Assembly (NCBI GenBank): GCA_036677365.1
Contig: JAVBWN010000022.1
Span: 1 to 59,797 of the forward strand
DNA length: 59,797 nt
Source: Acholeplasma sp.
Lineage (GTDB): Bacteria > Bacillota_I > Bacilli_A > Acholeplasmatales > UBA5453
Direction: 5' to 3'
Shown: piece after piece, positions 44,330 through 53,116 of the stretch
Numbering within the stretch: position 1 is the first letter of the stretch
Layout: each line of letters starts with the position of its first letter
The notes under the pieces: model-generated
Told to the model about the DNA's origin: nothing
The model's database searches: none
The model's input: the letters and a program-made list of their open reading frames with translations, nothing else
Position numbers and translations under genes: made by a program

Positions 44330-46162
44330 ATGAACAAACACGCATTACTCCATAAAAGCAAATCCGAAATGGCTTACGCTTATGACAAAAATACCCTCCA
44401 TATTTGGTTAAGAACCGCCCACAATGATTTCAAATCGGTCAAATTGGTCTATGGTGACCCATTTCGTTATGAACCCATAGACGATGCCCATTTGGTTTGG
44501 GTATGGAAACATGAAAATGCCAATGACTTAGAGATGATCAAACGTTTTTCTGACCATGAATACGATTATTATTTTTTAGCGATTCAACCGGAACACAAAC
44601 GCATCAAATATGCATTCGTATTAGACGATGCATACTTGTATGGTGTCAGAGAGATCTATGATTTGAAAAATGACCCAAATCAAAAGAAAAAATACAACCT
44701 TTTCAACTACTTTAATTTCCCATTCTTAAATGAAGTTGACGTCATTTCAATCCCATCTTGGGTCAAAGATACGATATGGTATGAAATTTTCCCTGAACGT
44801 TTTAGACGCAGTGAACAATCCACCAATCAACCCACCCATGCGTGGGGTGTCCCAGCAGAAAAAGTCACCAACCATATGTTCTTTGGTGGGGATATCCAAG
44901 GCATCATTGATTCCTTAGATTATTTGGTGGATTTAGGCATCACAGGGATCTATTTCACACCCATTTTTAAAGCCCCAAGTGCCCATAAATATGACACGAC
45001 CGATTATATGATGATTGACCCCGCTTTTGGTACAAATGAAGACTTTAAACGCTTGGTTCAAGAAGCCCACAAACGTAACATTAAAGTGGTCTTGGACGCG
45101 GTATTCAACCACTGTGGGTATGACCATCCCTTCTTCCAAGATGTCATTAAATATGGCAAGGATTCCAAATATTATAATAGCTTCTTTGTCAAAGATGAAC
45201 CGATGTTGAACTTCGATTTAAATGCACAAGGCAAACCCATCTACAGCCGTGGTTTGATTCCAAACTACCATACGTTCGCATTTACCCCGTATATGCCAAA
45301 ATGGAATACGGAAGACCCACTCGCACGTGCGCACTTGCTCGATGTGGCGCGTTATTGGATTGAGGTATACGATATCGATGGTTGGCGTTTGGACGTTTCA
45401 AATGAAGTCTCGCATGACTTCTGGCGTGCCTTCAGACAAACCGTCAAACAAGCCAAACCGGAGGCTTTCATCTTCGGTGAAAACTGGGATTATTCTTTTC
45501 CTTGGCTGGGTGGTGAGCAAATCGATACGGTGATGAATTATGAGCTCATTTATTTGATTTGGCAATTCTTTGGACATGATGTCAATATCCCAAGAATTCC
45601 CGCTTCTGAACTGGTCCGTTTAACCAATAAATTAATTACTTCTTACCCACAACAAATCACAGAAAATATGTTCAACTTGGTCGATTCTCACGATACGGGT
45701 CGCATCTTACACCGTTCGAAAGAAAACAAAGATTTGGCCTTCTTAAGTTATTTATTCATGTTCTCCTTCCCTGGTACACCTACCATTTATTATGGGGGTG
45801 AAATCGGGATGACAGGTGACCACGACCCAGACAACCGCAGGTGTATGATTTGGGACGAACAACGTCAAGACTTACACTTTAAATCCCGTATCAAACAATT
45901 GATTGATTATCGTAAGAAAAACGATGCTTTCGGTTCATCTGATTTCAGATGGGTTACATTCAATAATGATGATCAAACCATCGCTTATGAAAAACATGGT
46001 CAGGAAACCTTATTATTCATTTTGAATAGTGATGAAAAATCACATTTAGTGAAACTACCAAAAATTATCCGTGGGATCAATATCGAAACCCATTTGAATG
46101 TTTCAGGCGATACATTTGAAATCCCTGGTTATGGTTACCTCATCATCAAATACACCGTTTAG
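44330..46162 (+). CDS. GH13 neopullulanase/cyclomaltodextrinase
   Basis: N-terminal domain, YEIFPERF, DAVFNH, DGWRLDV, SHDT, DPDNRRCM. Confidence 0.93.
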   Translation: MNKHALLHKSKSEMAYAYDKNTLHIWLRTAHNDFKSVKLVYGDPFRYEPIDDAHLVWVWKHENANDLEMIKRFSDHEYDYYFLAIQPEHKRIKYAFVLDDAYLYGVREIYDLKNDPNQKKKYNLFNYFNFPFLNEVDVISIPSWVKDTIWYEIFPERFRRSEQSTNQPTHAWGVPAEKVTNHMFFGGDIQGIIDSLDYLVDLGITGIYFTPIFKAPSAHKYDTTDYMMIDPAFGTNEDFKRLVQEAHKRNIKVVLDAVFNHCGYDHPFFQDVIKYGKDSKYYNSFFVKDEPMLNFDLNAQGKPIYSRGLIPNYHTFAFTPYMPKWNTEDPLARAHLLDVARYWIEVYDIDGWRLDVSNEVSHDFWRAFRQTVKQAKPEAFIFGENWDYSFPWLGGEQIDTVMNYELIYLIWQFFGHDVNIPRIPASELVRLTNKLITSYPQQITENMFNLVDSHDTGRILHRSKENKDLAFLSYLFMFSFPGTPTIYYGGEIGMTGDHDPDNRRCMIWDEQRQDLHFKSRIKQLIDYRKKNDAFGSSDFRWVTFNNDDQTIAYEKHGQETLLFILNSDEKSHLVKLPKIIRGINIETHLNVSGDTFEIPGYGYLIIKYTV

Positions 46163-46223
46163 TGGCTGAATTGTATCTCCCTATGTAGTATCCTAAAGAT
46201 TGTTATTTTTGTTGGAGGTTATC

Positions 46224-46592
46224 ATGATCATCGCTTCGATTATTACCACCCTCATCTTATCATTAACCATGCTTCTATTCGGATGGATCTTTGTTTATAA
46301 ACCTCCCAAAAAGGTGAATGGGTGGGTAGGTTATCGTACCCATATGTCGATGAAGAACCAACAAACCTGGGACTATGCCCACCGTGTGGCCGGTCATATT
46401 TGGTTGATTCTTGGGGTAGGCATCTTGCCATCATCAATTCTGTTACCACTAGTATTGAAAGATTGGACCTATGTGGAAGATTTTATTATGATTCAAATCT
46501 ATGTTCAAATCTCATTACTCATCTTAGTCATTCCACTGGTTGAAATACGTTTACACAAGCGATTCAACCCAGATGGTACAGAAAAAAAATAA
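46224..46592 (+). CDS. SdpI/YhfL family membrane protein
   Basis: N..VGYRT..SMKN...W..AH...G motif; GGAGG RBS. Confidence 0.85.
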   Translation: MIIASIITTLILSLTMLLFGWIFVYKPPKKVNGWVGYRTHMSMKNQQTWDYAHRVAGHIWLILGVGILPSSILLPLVLKDWTYVEDFIMIQIYVQISLLILVIPLVEIRLHKRFNPDGTEKK

Positions 46593-46625
46593 AAAGGGAA
46601 ATCCGCTCTGGATTTCCCATTTTTC

Positions 46626-47267
46626 TTAGATGACCTTTAAAATATCGTAAGGCTTACCCACAATAAATTCAGGTTTTAGAGGTGCCAAATCCTTCATGTC
46701 TCTGAACCCCCATAAACACGCCACCACTTCAAGATGGGCATTTTTACCGGTTTCAACATCGGCTTCAGAATCCCCGATCATGTACACTTCATTTGGTTTT
46801 AAATTCATCGCTCTTAAGACTTTTTCCACCATCCGTGGGTCTGGTTTCTTGATACCATCGTCTGTAACACCTAAGGCATATTCAAACACACCCGGAAATT
46901 TACGTTCAATCAGTTGCTTAACGGCTGCATCTTGTTTATTGGAAATGACAGCCATACGGTAACCACGTTTCTTTAAGGTATCCAATACTTCGGGTATCCC
47001 TTCATAAGGTGCGGTAGCTTCCTCACTGTGGGCTTGATAGTAGGCATCATAAAAATTATAATAGGTTTCAAAATCTGCTTTCGAAACTTCTTCCCCAATC
47101 GCGAGTTCTACGAGTTGTCTCGCCCCATTGCCTAAAAGGCGGCGTACCCCAACTTCAGTCATCGTTCCAAAGTTAAAATGGCTCAACATGTAGTTGATCG
47201 CGTTGGTTAAGTCGGTTAGTGTATTGAGCAATGTACCGTCTAAATCGAATAATATCGCTTTTTTCAT
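46626..47267 (-). CDS. HAD family phosphatase (phosphoglycolate phosphatase-like)
   Basis: FDLDGTL, SNK, KPDP, IGDS..D. Confidence 0.92.
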   Translation of the reverse strand: MKKAILFDLDGTLLNTLTDLTNAINYMLSHFNFGTMTEVGVRRLLGNGARQLVELAIGEEVSKADFETYYNFYDAYYQAHSEEATAPYEGIPEVLDTLKKRGYRMAVISNKQDAAVKQLIERKFPGVFEYALGVTDDGIKKPDPRMVEKVLRAMNLKPNEVYMIGDSEADVETGKNAHLEVVACLWGFRDMKDLAPLKPEFIVGKPYDILKVI

Positions 47268-47812
47268 AATAATCCCCTTTCGATGATTTTAGTATAGATC
47301 GGCATCATTTCTGGTTCCGATACGTATTCTGTAATCTTAGATATGTCTACCCATTGTACTCCATGGGTTTCTTCTTCGTTTTGTTTGAGTGGTTCAAATT
47401 CATCTGCAATCAAAATGAAGGATGCATTCAAATGTAAATGTGACGAGATGGGTCTGCCCTTTTTATAGTGAAACCATACAGGCAAGACTTCAATGCTGAC
47501 CGGCTGAATACTTTTAGGTGTTAAATGAGTTAAGCCCGTTTCTTCTTTGGCTTCTTTGATCGCAACTTTTAAAAAGTCTTGTTCACCATCCATATGACCC
47601 CCTGTCCAGCCCCAAGAATCATACAATTTATGATAGATGAGTAGGGTTTTGGTCATATTGGCATTGAAAATCATGGCTGAGGATGAGAAATGCATCGCTG
47701 GGTGTCTCTCGAATAAATCATTCCCATAGTGCTTAATCGCGTCCATAATGTAGGCTAAATCGGCCAACTCTAAGTCCGATTTAGGTTGATATTCTGTAAA
47801 TAAATCGACCAT
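47264..47812 (-). CDS. NUDIX hydrolase
   Basis: GGHMDGE......AIKEAKEETGL. Confidence 0.88.
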   Translation of the reverse strand: MVDLFTEYQPKSDLELADLAYIMDAIKHYGNDLFERHPAMHFSSSAMIFNANMTKTLLIYHKLYDSWGWTGGHMDGEQDFLKVAIKEAKEETGLTHLTPKSIQPVSIEVLPVWFHYKKGRPISSHLHLNASFILIADEFEPLKQNEEETHGVQWVDISKITEYVSEPEMMPIYTKIIERGLL

Positions 47813-47937
47813 AGGTTCGTCTCCTTAATAGATTATTTTCTATTATACAACAAATACCCCGATTACCCAAAACTTTTTTCGTATATAAGGGTTGATTTTA
47901 AAAAATTAGTATGTTATCATATTCGTGCTGAAAAAAT

Positions 47938-48013
47938 GCACCCTTAGCTCAGTTGGTAGAGCAAATGACTCTTAATCATTGGGTCCACGGTTCGAGCCCG
48001 TGAGGGTGTACCA
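47938..48013 (+). tRNA. tRNA-Lys (anticodon CTT)
   Basis: GCACCCT acceptor, AATGA-CTCTTAA-TCATT anticodon arm, TTCGAGC, CCA. Confidence 0.95.
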
Positions 48014-48023
48014 TTTAAAAGAT

Positions 48024-48053
48024 AAAGCCTAACTCAAACGAGTAGGCTTTTTT
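48024..48053 (+). terminator. Intrinsic terminator after tRNA-Lys
   Basis: AAAGCCTA-ACTC-aaac-GAG-TAGGCTTTTTTT. Confidence 0.75.
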
Positions 48054-48222
48054 TGTTCATTTTTTGTTTTCTGCAAGATAGATTTCACCTATTTGATTTA
48101 AAAACTTTTTAGTAATGTCTTTATCATCAAAAAAGTTTATAATATAAATTGTCTTACTTCTCCATCTAAACTGCACTTTTATTTTAAATAATCGTGATAG
48201 AGACTATCCGTGAGGTGAATCA

Positions 48223-48759
48223 ATGAGTATACTTAAACAACTCAGAAAAATTGAAAAATTGTCGTCATCTGTACTTGGGAAGACCCCTACTCAAGTTTTT
48301 TTGTGGAACACCGATAGTAAAGTGATTGCTGGTGGTTTTATGCCTGAAGAAAATGTTATACTCATCAATTCAATATATACTGAATTAACCCCAACTGTTG
48401 TCGGTTTTATTGCTCATGAATCGCGGCATGCCTATCAAAATGAAATTATAGCGGGTAAACTTAAGCCAAAAGCGTCCGATCAATTAGAGCAATGGCAAAG
48501 TGATTTTAAGGCACAATGGATGCCTACTGAAGAAAACATGTCAGATTATGCCTTTCAAACCATGGAGATTGACGCCATAGCATACTCTGAACTTTTCTTG
48601 ACACGGTTTTTTAACAAGAAACTCAAAATCAAAGTTCCTGAAACACTTAGAGTTCATGTGGATGCACGTAAAAATCAAATCGAATACGATTTAAATTTCG
48701 ATATTCTTAATGGGTTTGATCATCAAAAATTTATGCCTATTCCACCAATCAAAAAATAG
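48223..48759 (+). CDS. Hypothetical zincin-like protein (HExxH)
   Basis: IAHESRHAYQ with downstream Y..Q.MEIDA; GAGGTG RBS. Confidence 0.72.
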   Translation: MSILKQLRKIEKLSSSVLGKTPTQVFLWNTDSKVIAGGFMPEENVILINSIYTELTPTVVGFIAHESRHAYQNEIIAGKLKPKASDQLEQWQSDFKAQWMPTEENMSDYAFQTMEIDAIAYSELFLTRFFNKKLKIKVPETLRVHVDARKNQIEYDLNFDILNGFDHQKFMPIPPIKK

Positions 48760-48912
48760 ATCCTAATTCAGCTAATGGACATGGTTGAAATGACTGCTGT
48801 CAGTATTAGTACTATTTTACAATAACCCAGTATTTATGAGAGAATTAAGTGGTTTTGAGCCATTTAATCTACTATTTACTGGTTTTTTTGCCTGGTATGA
48901 TCAAATAAAAAT

Positions 48913-48978
48913 TCCCCTCTTTGTATACTTCTACAAACTTTAATAATTTGTAGTGTCTACTTTAAGGGGAGCATATCA
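48913..48978 (-). mobile_element. Orphan IS3/IS150-like terminal inverted repeat, no transposase
   Basis: Minus strand TGATATGCTCCCCTTAAAGTAGACA followed by an internal inverted copy; resembles IS3-family left ends as recalled. Confidence 0.55.
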
Positions 48979-48998
48979 TTATGTCATAACAGGTCTTC

Positions 48999-49976
48999 TT
49001 ATAAAATCGTAAACATCAAGAAATTCAAGCGATAACTTGGTAAAAAAGTGGATTCTTCTATTTTAGTTAACTCTTGAATGGTTTTATTTTCCCAAATGAG
49101 ATGGACATATTCGGGTTTATCAATGAATGGATTACGGTTGCCTTGGGCTTCAAAAATGGTTTGATTTCTTTTGACTTCATAATCATCCACCGGGTCTGCT
49201 TTATGCCAGTCAAGCAATACCGATAGTTTACCCATCGTGATTCGGTCCATCGTATAAGTTTCACCCGTTTCAAATCCGTCATCGGCGAGTTCTAAGAAGT
49301 CATACATGGTCGCCATATAAAATAAAATTCGCGCGACATCGCCTTTATGGTCATCCCCTGGGTAATACCCACCATCGGTATTGACGCCATTTGAACCACT
49401 ACCAGCTGTAAATATTCGATCGCTACGGGATGAATTTACCGATTGGATGATGGCTCTTAAATTATGTAAGTCTGAGGCTTGGTTGCGCTGCGAACCTGTG
49501 ACACGAGGGATGCCTAATCTGGAATTTGGCCACACGTGTTCCCGAGTCCATGTGGTACCATCCCATGTTGATGAAACCGTCGCTGAGTTATAAATCGCAA
49601 GCACCCGTGTAGGGTCATCGAGTAAGGCATCAGCGACCCCTAAGATTTGTCTCGCTTCATCATAGGAGGTAGGGTTAAACCCTGTATTTAAGATGGTATG
49701 TAGTGTGTTTTTGAGTTCATCACCAACGTCGTTGTTGGCTTCATAATAATAGGTGTTATTTTCAACGAGGGTATAGTAGTAATAACCTTCCGCGTTTTGT
49801 TCTGACCCATAGGTTTGGGTGACTGGTGGGTTATAAAAGAAAAAATAGTATACAACCGCTGCTGCGATGATCAAAACGATGAGTGCTATTTGAATCTCTG
49901 GGTGTTTTTGAACTTTTTTCTTTACAACCCGTTTTAATTGTTTTTGTGGGGTGGTTGTTTTCTTCTTGGTTGCCAT
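48999..49976 (-). CDS. Membrane-anchored endonuclease I family nuclease
   Basis: Basic N-terminus plus TM; WTREHVWPNS, DLHNLR, GDVAR, GNRNPFID. Confidence 0.9.
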   Translation of the reverse strand: MATKKKTTTPQKQLKRVVKKKVQKHPEIQIALIVLIIAAAVVYYFFFYNPPVTQTYGSEQNAEGYYYYTLVENNTYYYEANNDVGDELKNTLHTILNTGFNPTSYDEARQILGVADALLDDPTRVLAIYNSATVSSTWDGTTWTREHVWPNSRLGIPRVTGSQRNQASDLHNLRAIIQSVNSSRSDRIFTAGSGSNGVNTDGGYYPGDDHKGDVARILFYMATMYDFLELADDGFETGETYTMDRITMGKLSVLLDWHKADPVDDYEVKRNQTIFEAQGNRNPFIDKPEYVHLIWENKTIQELTKIEESTFLPSYRLNFLMFTIL

Positions 49977-49983
49977 AAAGTCC

Positions 49984-51069
49984 TCACTTTTCTAAAATGA
50001 TCAAAGGTACCATCATCTCATCGGGATGGATCCCTGCGTGGTGTGCTTTGAACGTACTGTGTTCTTTGATATTAAACATGTATTTGTCCTGTGATAAAGC
50101 CATATAATCGCCGATGAAATCATCGAGCAGTGGGTGTTTTTGACCAAACCCTAATATGCCAGCAGCATAGATCTCTTTTTTGGTCATTAAAGTGAAATGA
50201 TTGTTAAAAGATGCTTTGAATTGTGACTCAAAAGTGTGTTCTAACCCTTTTTTAACGAAAAAAGCGGTACTTCTGGGTTCAACCGATGGTTTTTTGTCTA
50301 AAAGTTCTAAAATTGGGTGTTGATATAAAGGGATGCCTTCGACATCGACCAAACCATGGTCAGCAATCACGATGATGCAAGTATTTTTGGTAACAGATGC
50401 ATACAATCTCGATATTTGTTGATTTAAAAACTCGAGTTGTGTTTTGACTTTTTCATTGAATACACCTTCGTCGTGGATGGTATAATCGGGCTCTGTCCAA
50501 TAGGTATACGTAAATGATGCGGGTTGTTTAGAGATTGAAATGAGTTCATCCACCATCAAATCAAAGCTTTTAAACCCATTCACTTCAAAATCTGGAAATA
50601 GTTTTTTAACGTATAATTTTGGATTCTTCTTTTGAATTTTCTCTAAAATCGTTTCGTATTTCAAATACGTATTTTTGAAGTCTTCTTTCAATAGGTGCGT
50701 ATCGTCATAAAAATCCTTATTCAAAAAAACAACGGTGTGACAATCCTCAAAACGGTTGTATTGGGTCCAACCCACATGGCCATGTTCATAAGGTGTTAAG
50801 CCTGAAAGTACCGAGGTTGTCGCCGCGACTGTGGTCGGTGGATAAACCGATGTGAGCGCGGTTTTAACATTTTTTCTAAGCAATGAATTTTCATCGATAT
50901 TTTTTAGAATATTGATGCCCATCCCATCGAGTAAAATCAGCATGATGTGCTGTTTATTTTCCAAATAGGGTTTAAGGATTTCTAAGGTACTGTGGTGGGT
51001 ATCGATGCCATAATGTTTTAATAAGGTTGCTGATACATTTAAGATGGAATGCTTGTAGTTAGGAAACAT
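49984..51069 (-). CDS. Alkaline phosphatase superfamily phosphodiesterase/nucleotide pyrophosphatase
   Basis: LLDGMG, VYPPTT, EPD...H, IADHG, HHAG....EM.VP. Confidence 0.88.
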   Translation of the reverse strand: MFPNYKHSILNVSATLLKHYGIDTHHSTLEILKPYLENKQHIMLILLDGMGINILKNIDENSLLRKNVKTALTSVYPPTTVAATTSVLSGLTPYEHGHVGWTQYNRFEDCHTVVFLNKDFYDDTHLLKEDFKNTYLKYETILEKIQKKNPKLYVKKLFPDFEVNGFKSFDLMVDELISISKQPASFTYTYWTEPDYTIHDEGVFNEKVKTQLEFLNQQISRLYASVTKNTCIIVIADHGLVDVEGIPLYQHPILELLDKKPSVEPRSTAFFVKKGLEHTFESQFKASFNNHFTLMTKKEIYAAGILGFGQKHPLLDDFIGDYMALSQDKYMFNIKEHSTFKAHHAGIHPDEMMVPLIILEK

Positions 51070-51108
51070 GGTAACCCCCTTAAGAAAAATAATCCACGCA
51101 GAGGTAGA

Positions 51109-51309
51109 TTATTTGTTTGCGTTCAGTTTTAAAATCAAATAGTTTTGTTCAAACGCTTCTGGATATGGATACGCCACTTCTCTCATACGTTTGAATAAAA
51201 CGTACACGAGACGACGATCAACATCGATTCTTGTGATGACGCCAATTTCTTTCTCACCAACGACATTGACTTTTTCGCCGATGATTCTAGATTCGTTACC
51301 CCATGACAT
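51109..51309 (-). CDS. Small hypothetical protein, probable SH3/KOW-like barrel
   Basis: GAAGGTGA RBS; IGEKV...GVITRID....YVLF...YP.AF pattern. Confidence 0.75.
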   Translation of the reverse strand: MSWGNESRIIGEKVNVVGEKEIGVITRIDVDRRLVYVLFKRMREVAYPYPEAFEQNYLILKLNANK

Positions 51310-51378
51310 ACAATCACCTTCCCTTACTTAAATAGTATAACATAACTTGTTTCATTTTGTTTTCAAAAAACTTAAGGA

Positions 51379-52167
51379 TTAAGAAACTGAAATCCGCTTT
51401 TGATATTTATAATATCCATAGACCAAACCAAGGATGGCTATCCCAGTAAATACCAAGAAACTGATGTATTCGAACGGGTCTTGGTTTTTGAGGATGGCAA
51501 CGGGGTCTGAAAAAGTAAACGGTGAAATGTATTTGAGTGCCTTTAACCACGCATTGTCGGTTAAAGTCGATAATATCGCGAGAATATATAATGGCAGTGG
51601 TATCGCAATCGCTACCATCGCTTTGATGTCTTTATCCAGTATTAAAGCCAGGATAAACCCAAGGATAGCGACATACAGATACATTAGGCCGTTTAACAAG
51701 GAAAACCACATATAATCCCCAAAACTGAATCGTTCATCGATCGTGATAAACCCCAAATAACCGATTAAAGCATTCACGATTGTGAATCCAAATACCATGA
51801 TCAGAAGTATCGTCAGTTTGGATAAATAAAACGTCTTTTTCGATACGCCTTGGGTATACATGACTTCAGCTATGCGTTCTTTTTCAAAGGTTGCGATTAA
51901 ATTGAAACCCAACATCGCTGCGAAAATCGCACCAAAGAGTTGTAACATCATCGCCCCTTCAGTTGCGTAATACTCTAAGACATCCTCAGGCACCCCACCA
52001 AATTGGGCCATGATGGCCATCAACTCTTCGGGGATTTGTGCGTATATGTCTTTGACCAGTGGGTATAACACGATGATCAAATAAATCATCGTTGATACCC
52101 CAATCGACCACAACAATGTCGATTTAAAGTTACGTCTGATTTCCATTTTTAAGAGTGTTTTATACAT
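51379..52167 (-). CDS. ABC-2 type exporter permease
   Basis: About 6 TM, LKYISPF; overlaps ATPase end. Confidence 0.85.
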   Translation of the reverse strand: MYKTLLKMEIRRNFKSTLLWSIGVSTMIYLIIVLYPLVKDIYAQIPEELMAIMAQFGGVPEDVLEYYATEGAMMLQLFGAIFAAMLGFNLIATFEKERIAEVMYTQGVSKKTFYLSKLTILLIMVFGFTIVNALIGYLGFITIDERFSFGDYMWFSLLNGLMYLYVAILGFILALILDKDIKAMVAIAIPLPLYILAILSTLTDNAWLKALKYISPFTFSDPVAILKNQDPFEYISFLVFTGIAILGLVYGYYKYQKRISVS

Positions 52168-53035
52168 GGGTATGCTCACTTTCATAGTAACTCAAGAAAA
52201 TTTCTTCCAATGTGACATCTCGAATGACCACGTCGTTGAAATCGTATGTGCTCAAATGGCTCAACAAAGGTTTCATCGGACCGCGGTATTTGAATGTACC
52301 CCCGTGTGGGGTTTCAATCAGATCCATCATGCCTTCGAGTTCAATCGGTTGATACGGTGTGAATTCAACGACTTTATGTTCTTCCTTTTTAAGCACATGC
52401 ATGTCATTTTCTAAGATCACCACACCATTTTTGATGAGGCCAACACGGTCACATACTTTTTGAATGTCTGATAGGACATGGGATGATAAGAAAATAGTTT
52501 TACCACGTTTCTTTAAATCCAATAATAATTCCAAAAATTGTTTTTGGATGAGCGGGTCCAATCCGGTGGTCGGTTCATCTAAGATCAGGAGTTCTGGTTC
52601 ATGCATCAAAGCCATCAAAATGCCGATTTTTTTCTTATTACCAAAGGATAAGGCTTGGAACGTTTTTTCGATATCAATGTCTAACGTATCTATCAATTTT
52701 TGAACATACTCAGGGTTGGGTTTACGAATGCTTGAAAAGAATTCAATCAATTCTTTAACTTTGTACTCTGGGAAAAAAGCCGCCTCTGAAGGCATATAAC
52801 CGATTTTTTGGTGGATGTGAGATTCTGCCATTTGGCAATCCATCCCTAAGACTTTGGCGGTACCTTCATCCTTAGGTAATAAGCCCACCAAAATACGGAT
52901 AAGGGTGGTTTTCCCTGCCCCATTGGGTCCAATAAAGCCATAAATCTCACCAGGTTTGACATAAAGACTCGCGGATTCTAAGCCACGCTTGTTGCCATAA
53001 TATTTTTTCAATCGTACGATTTCGATGACATGCAT
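52160..53035 (-). CDS. ABC exporter ATPase
   Basis: GPNGAGKT, LSFGNKKK, LDEPTTGLDP, SSH. Confidence 0.92.
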   Translation of the reverse strand: MHVIEIVRLKKYYGNKRGLESASLYVKPGEIYGFIGPNGAGKTTLIRILVGLLPKDEGTAKVLGMDCQMAESHIHQKIGYMPSEAAFFPEYKVKELIEFFSSIRKPNPEYVQKLIDTLDIDIEKTFQALSFGNKKKIGILMALMHEPELLILDEPTTGLDPLIQKQFLELLLDLKKRGKTIFLSSHVLSDIQKVCDRVGLIKNGVVILENDMHVLKKEEHKVVEFTPYQPIELEGMMDLIETPHGGTFKYRGPMKPLLSHLSTYDFNDVVIRDVTLEEIFLSYYESEHTHV

Positions 53036-53116
53036 AGGATCACCTCTTGCTTTTATGTTACCACAATCTAGAAAAAAATAAGCACCGAATTCGGTGCTTA
53101 TCTTAGTCATTTTTAA

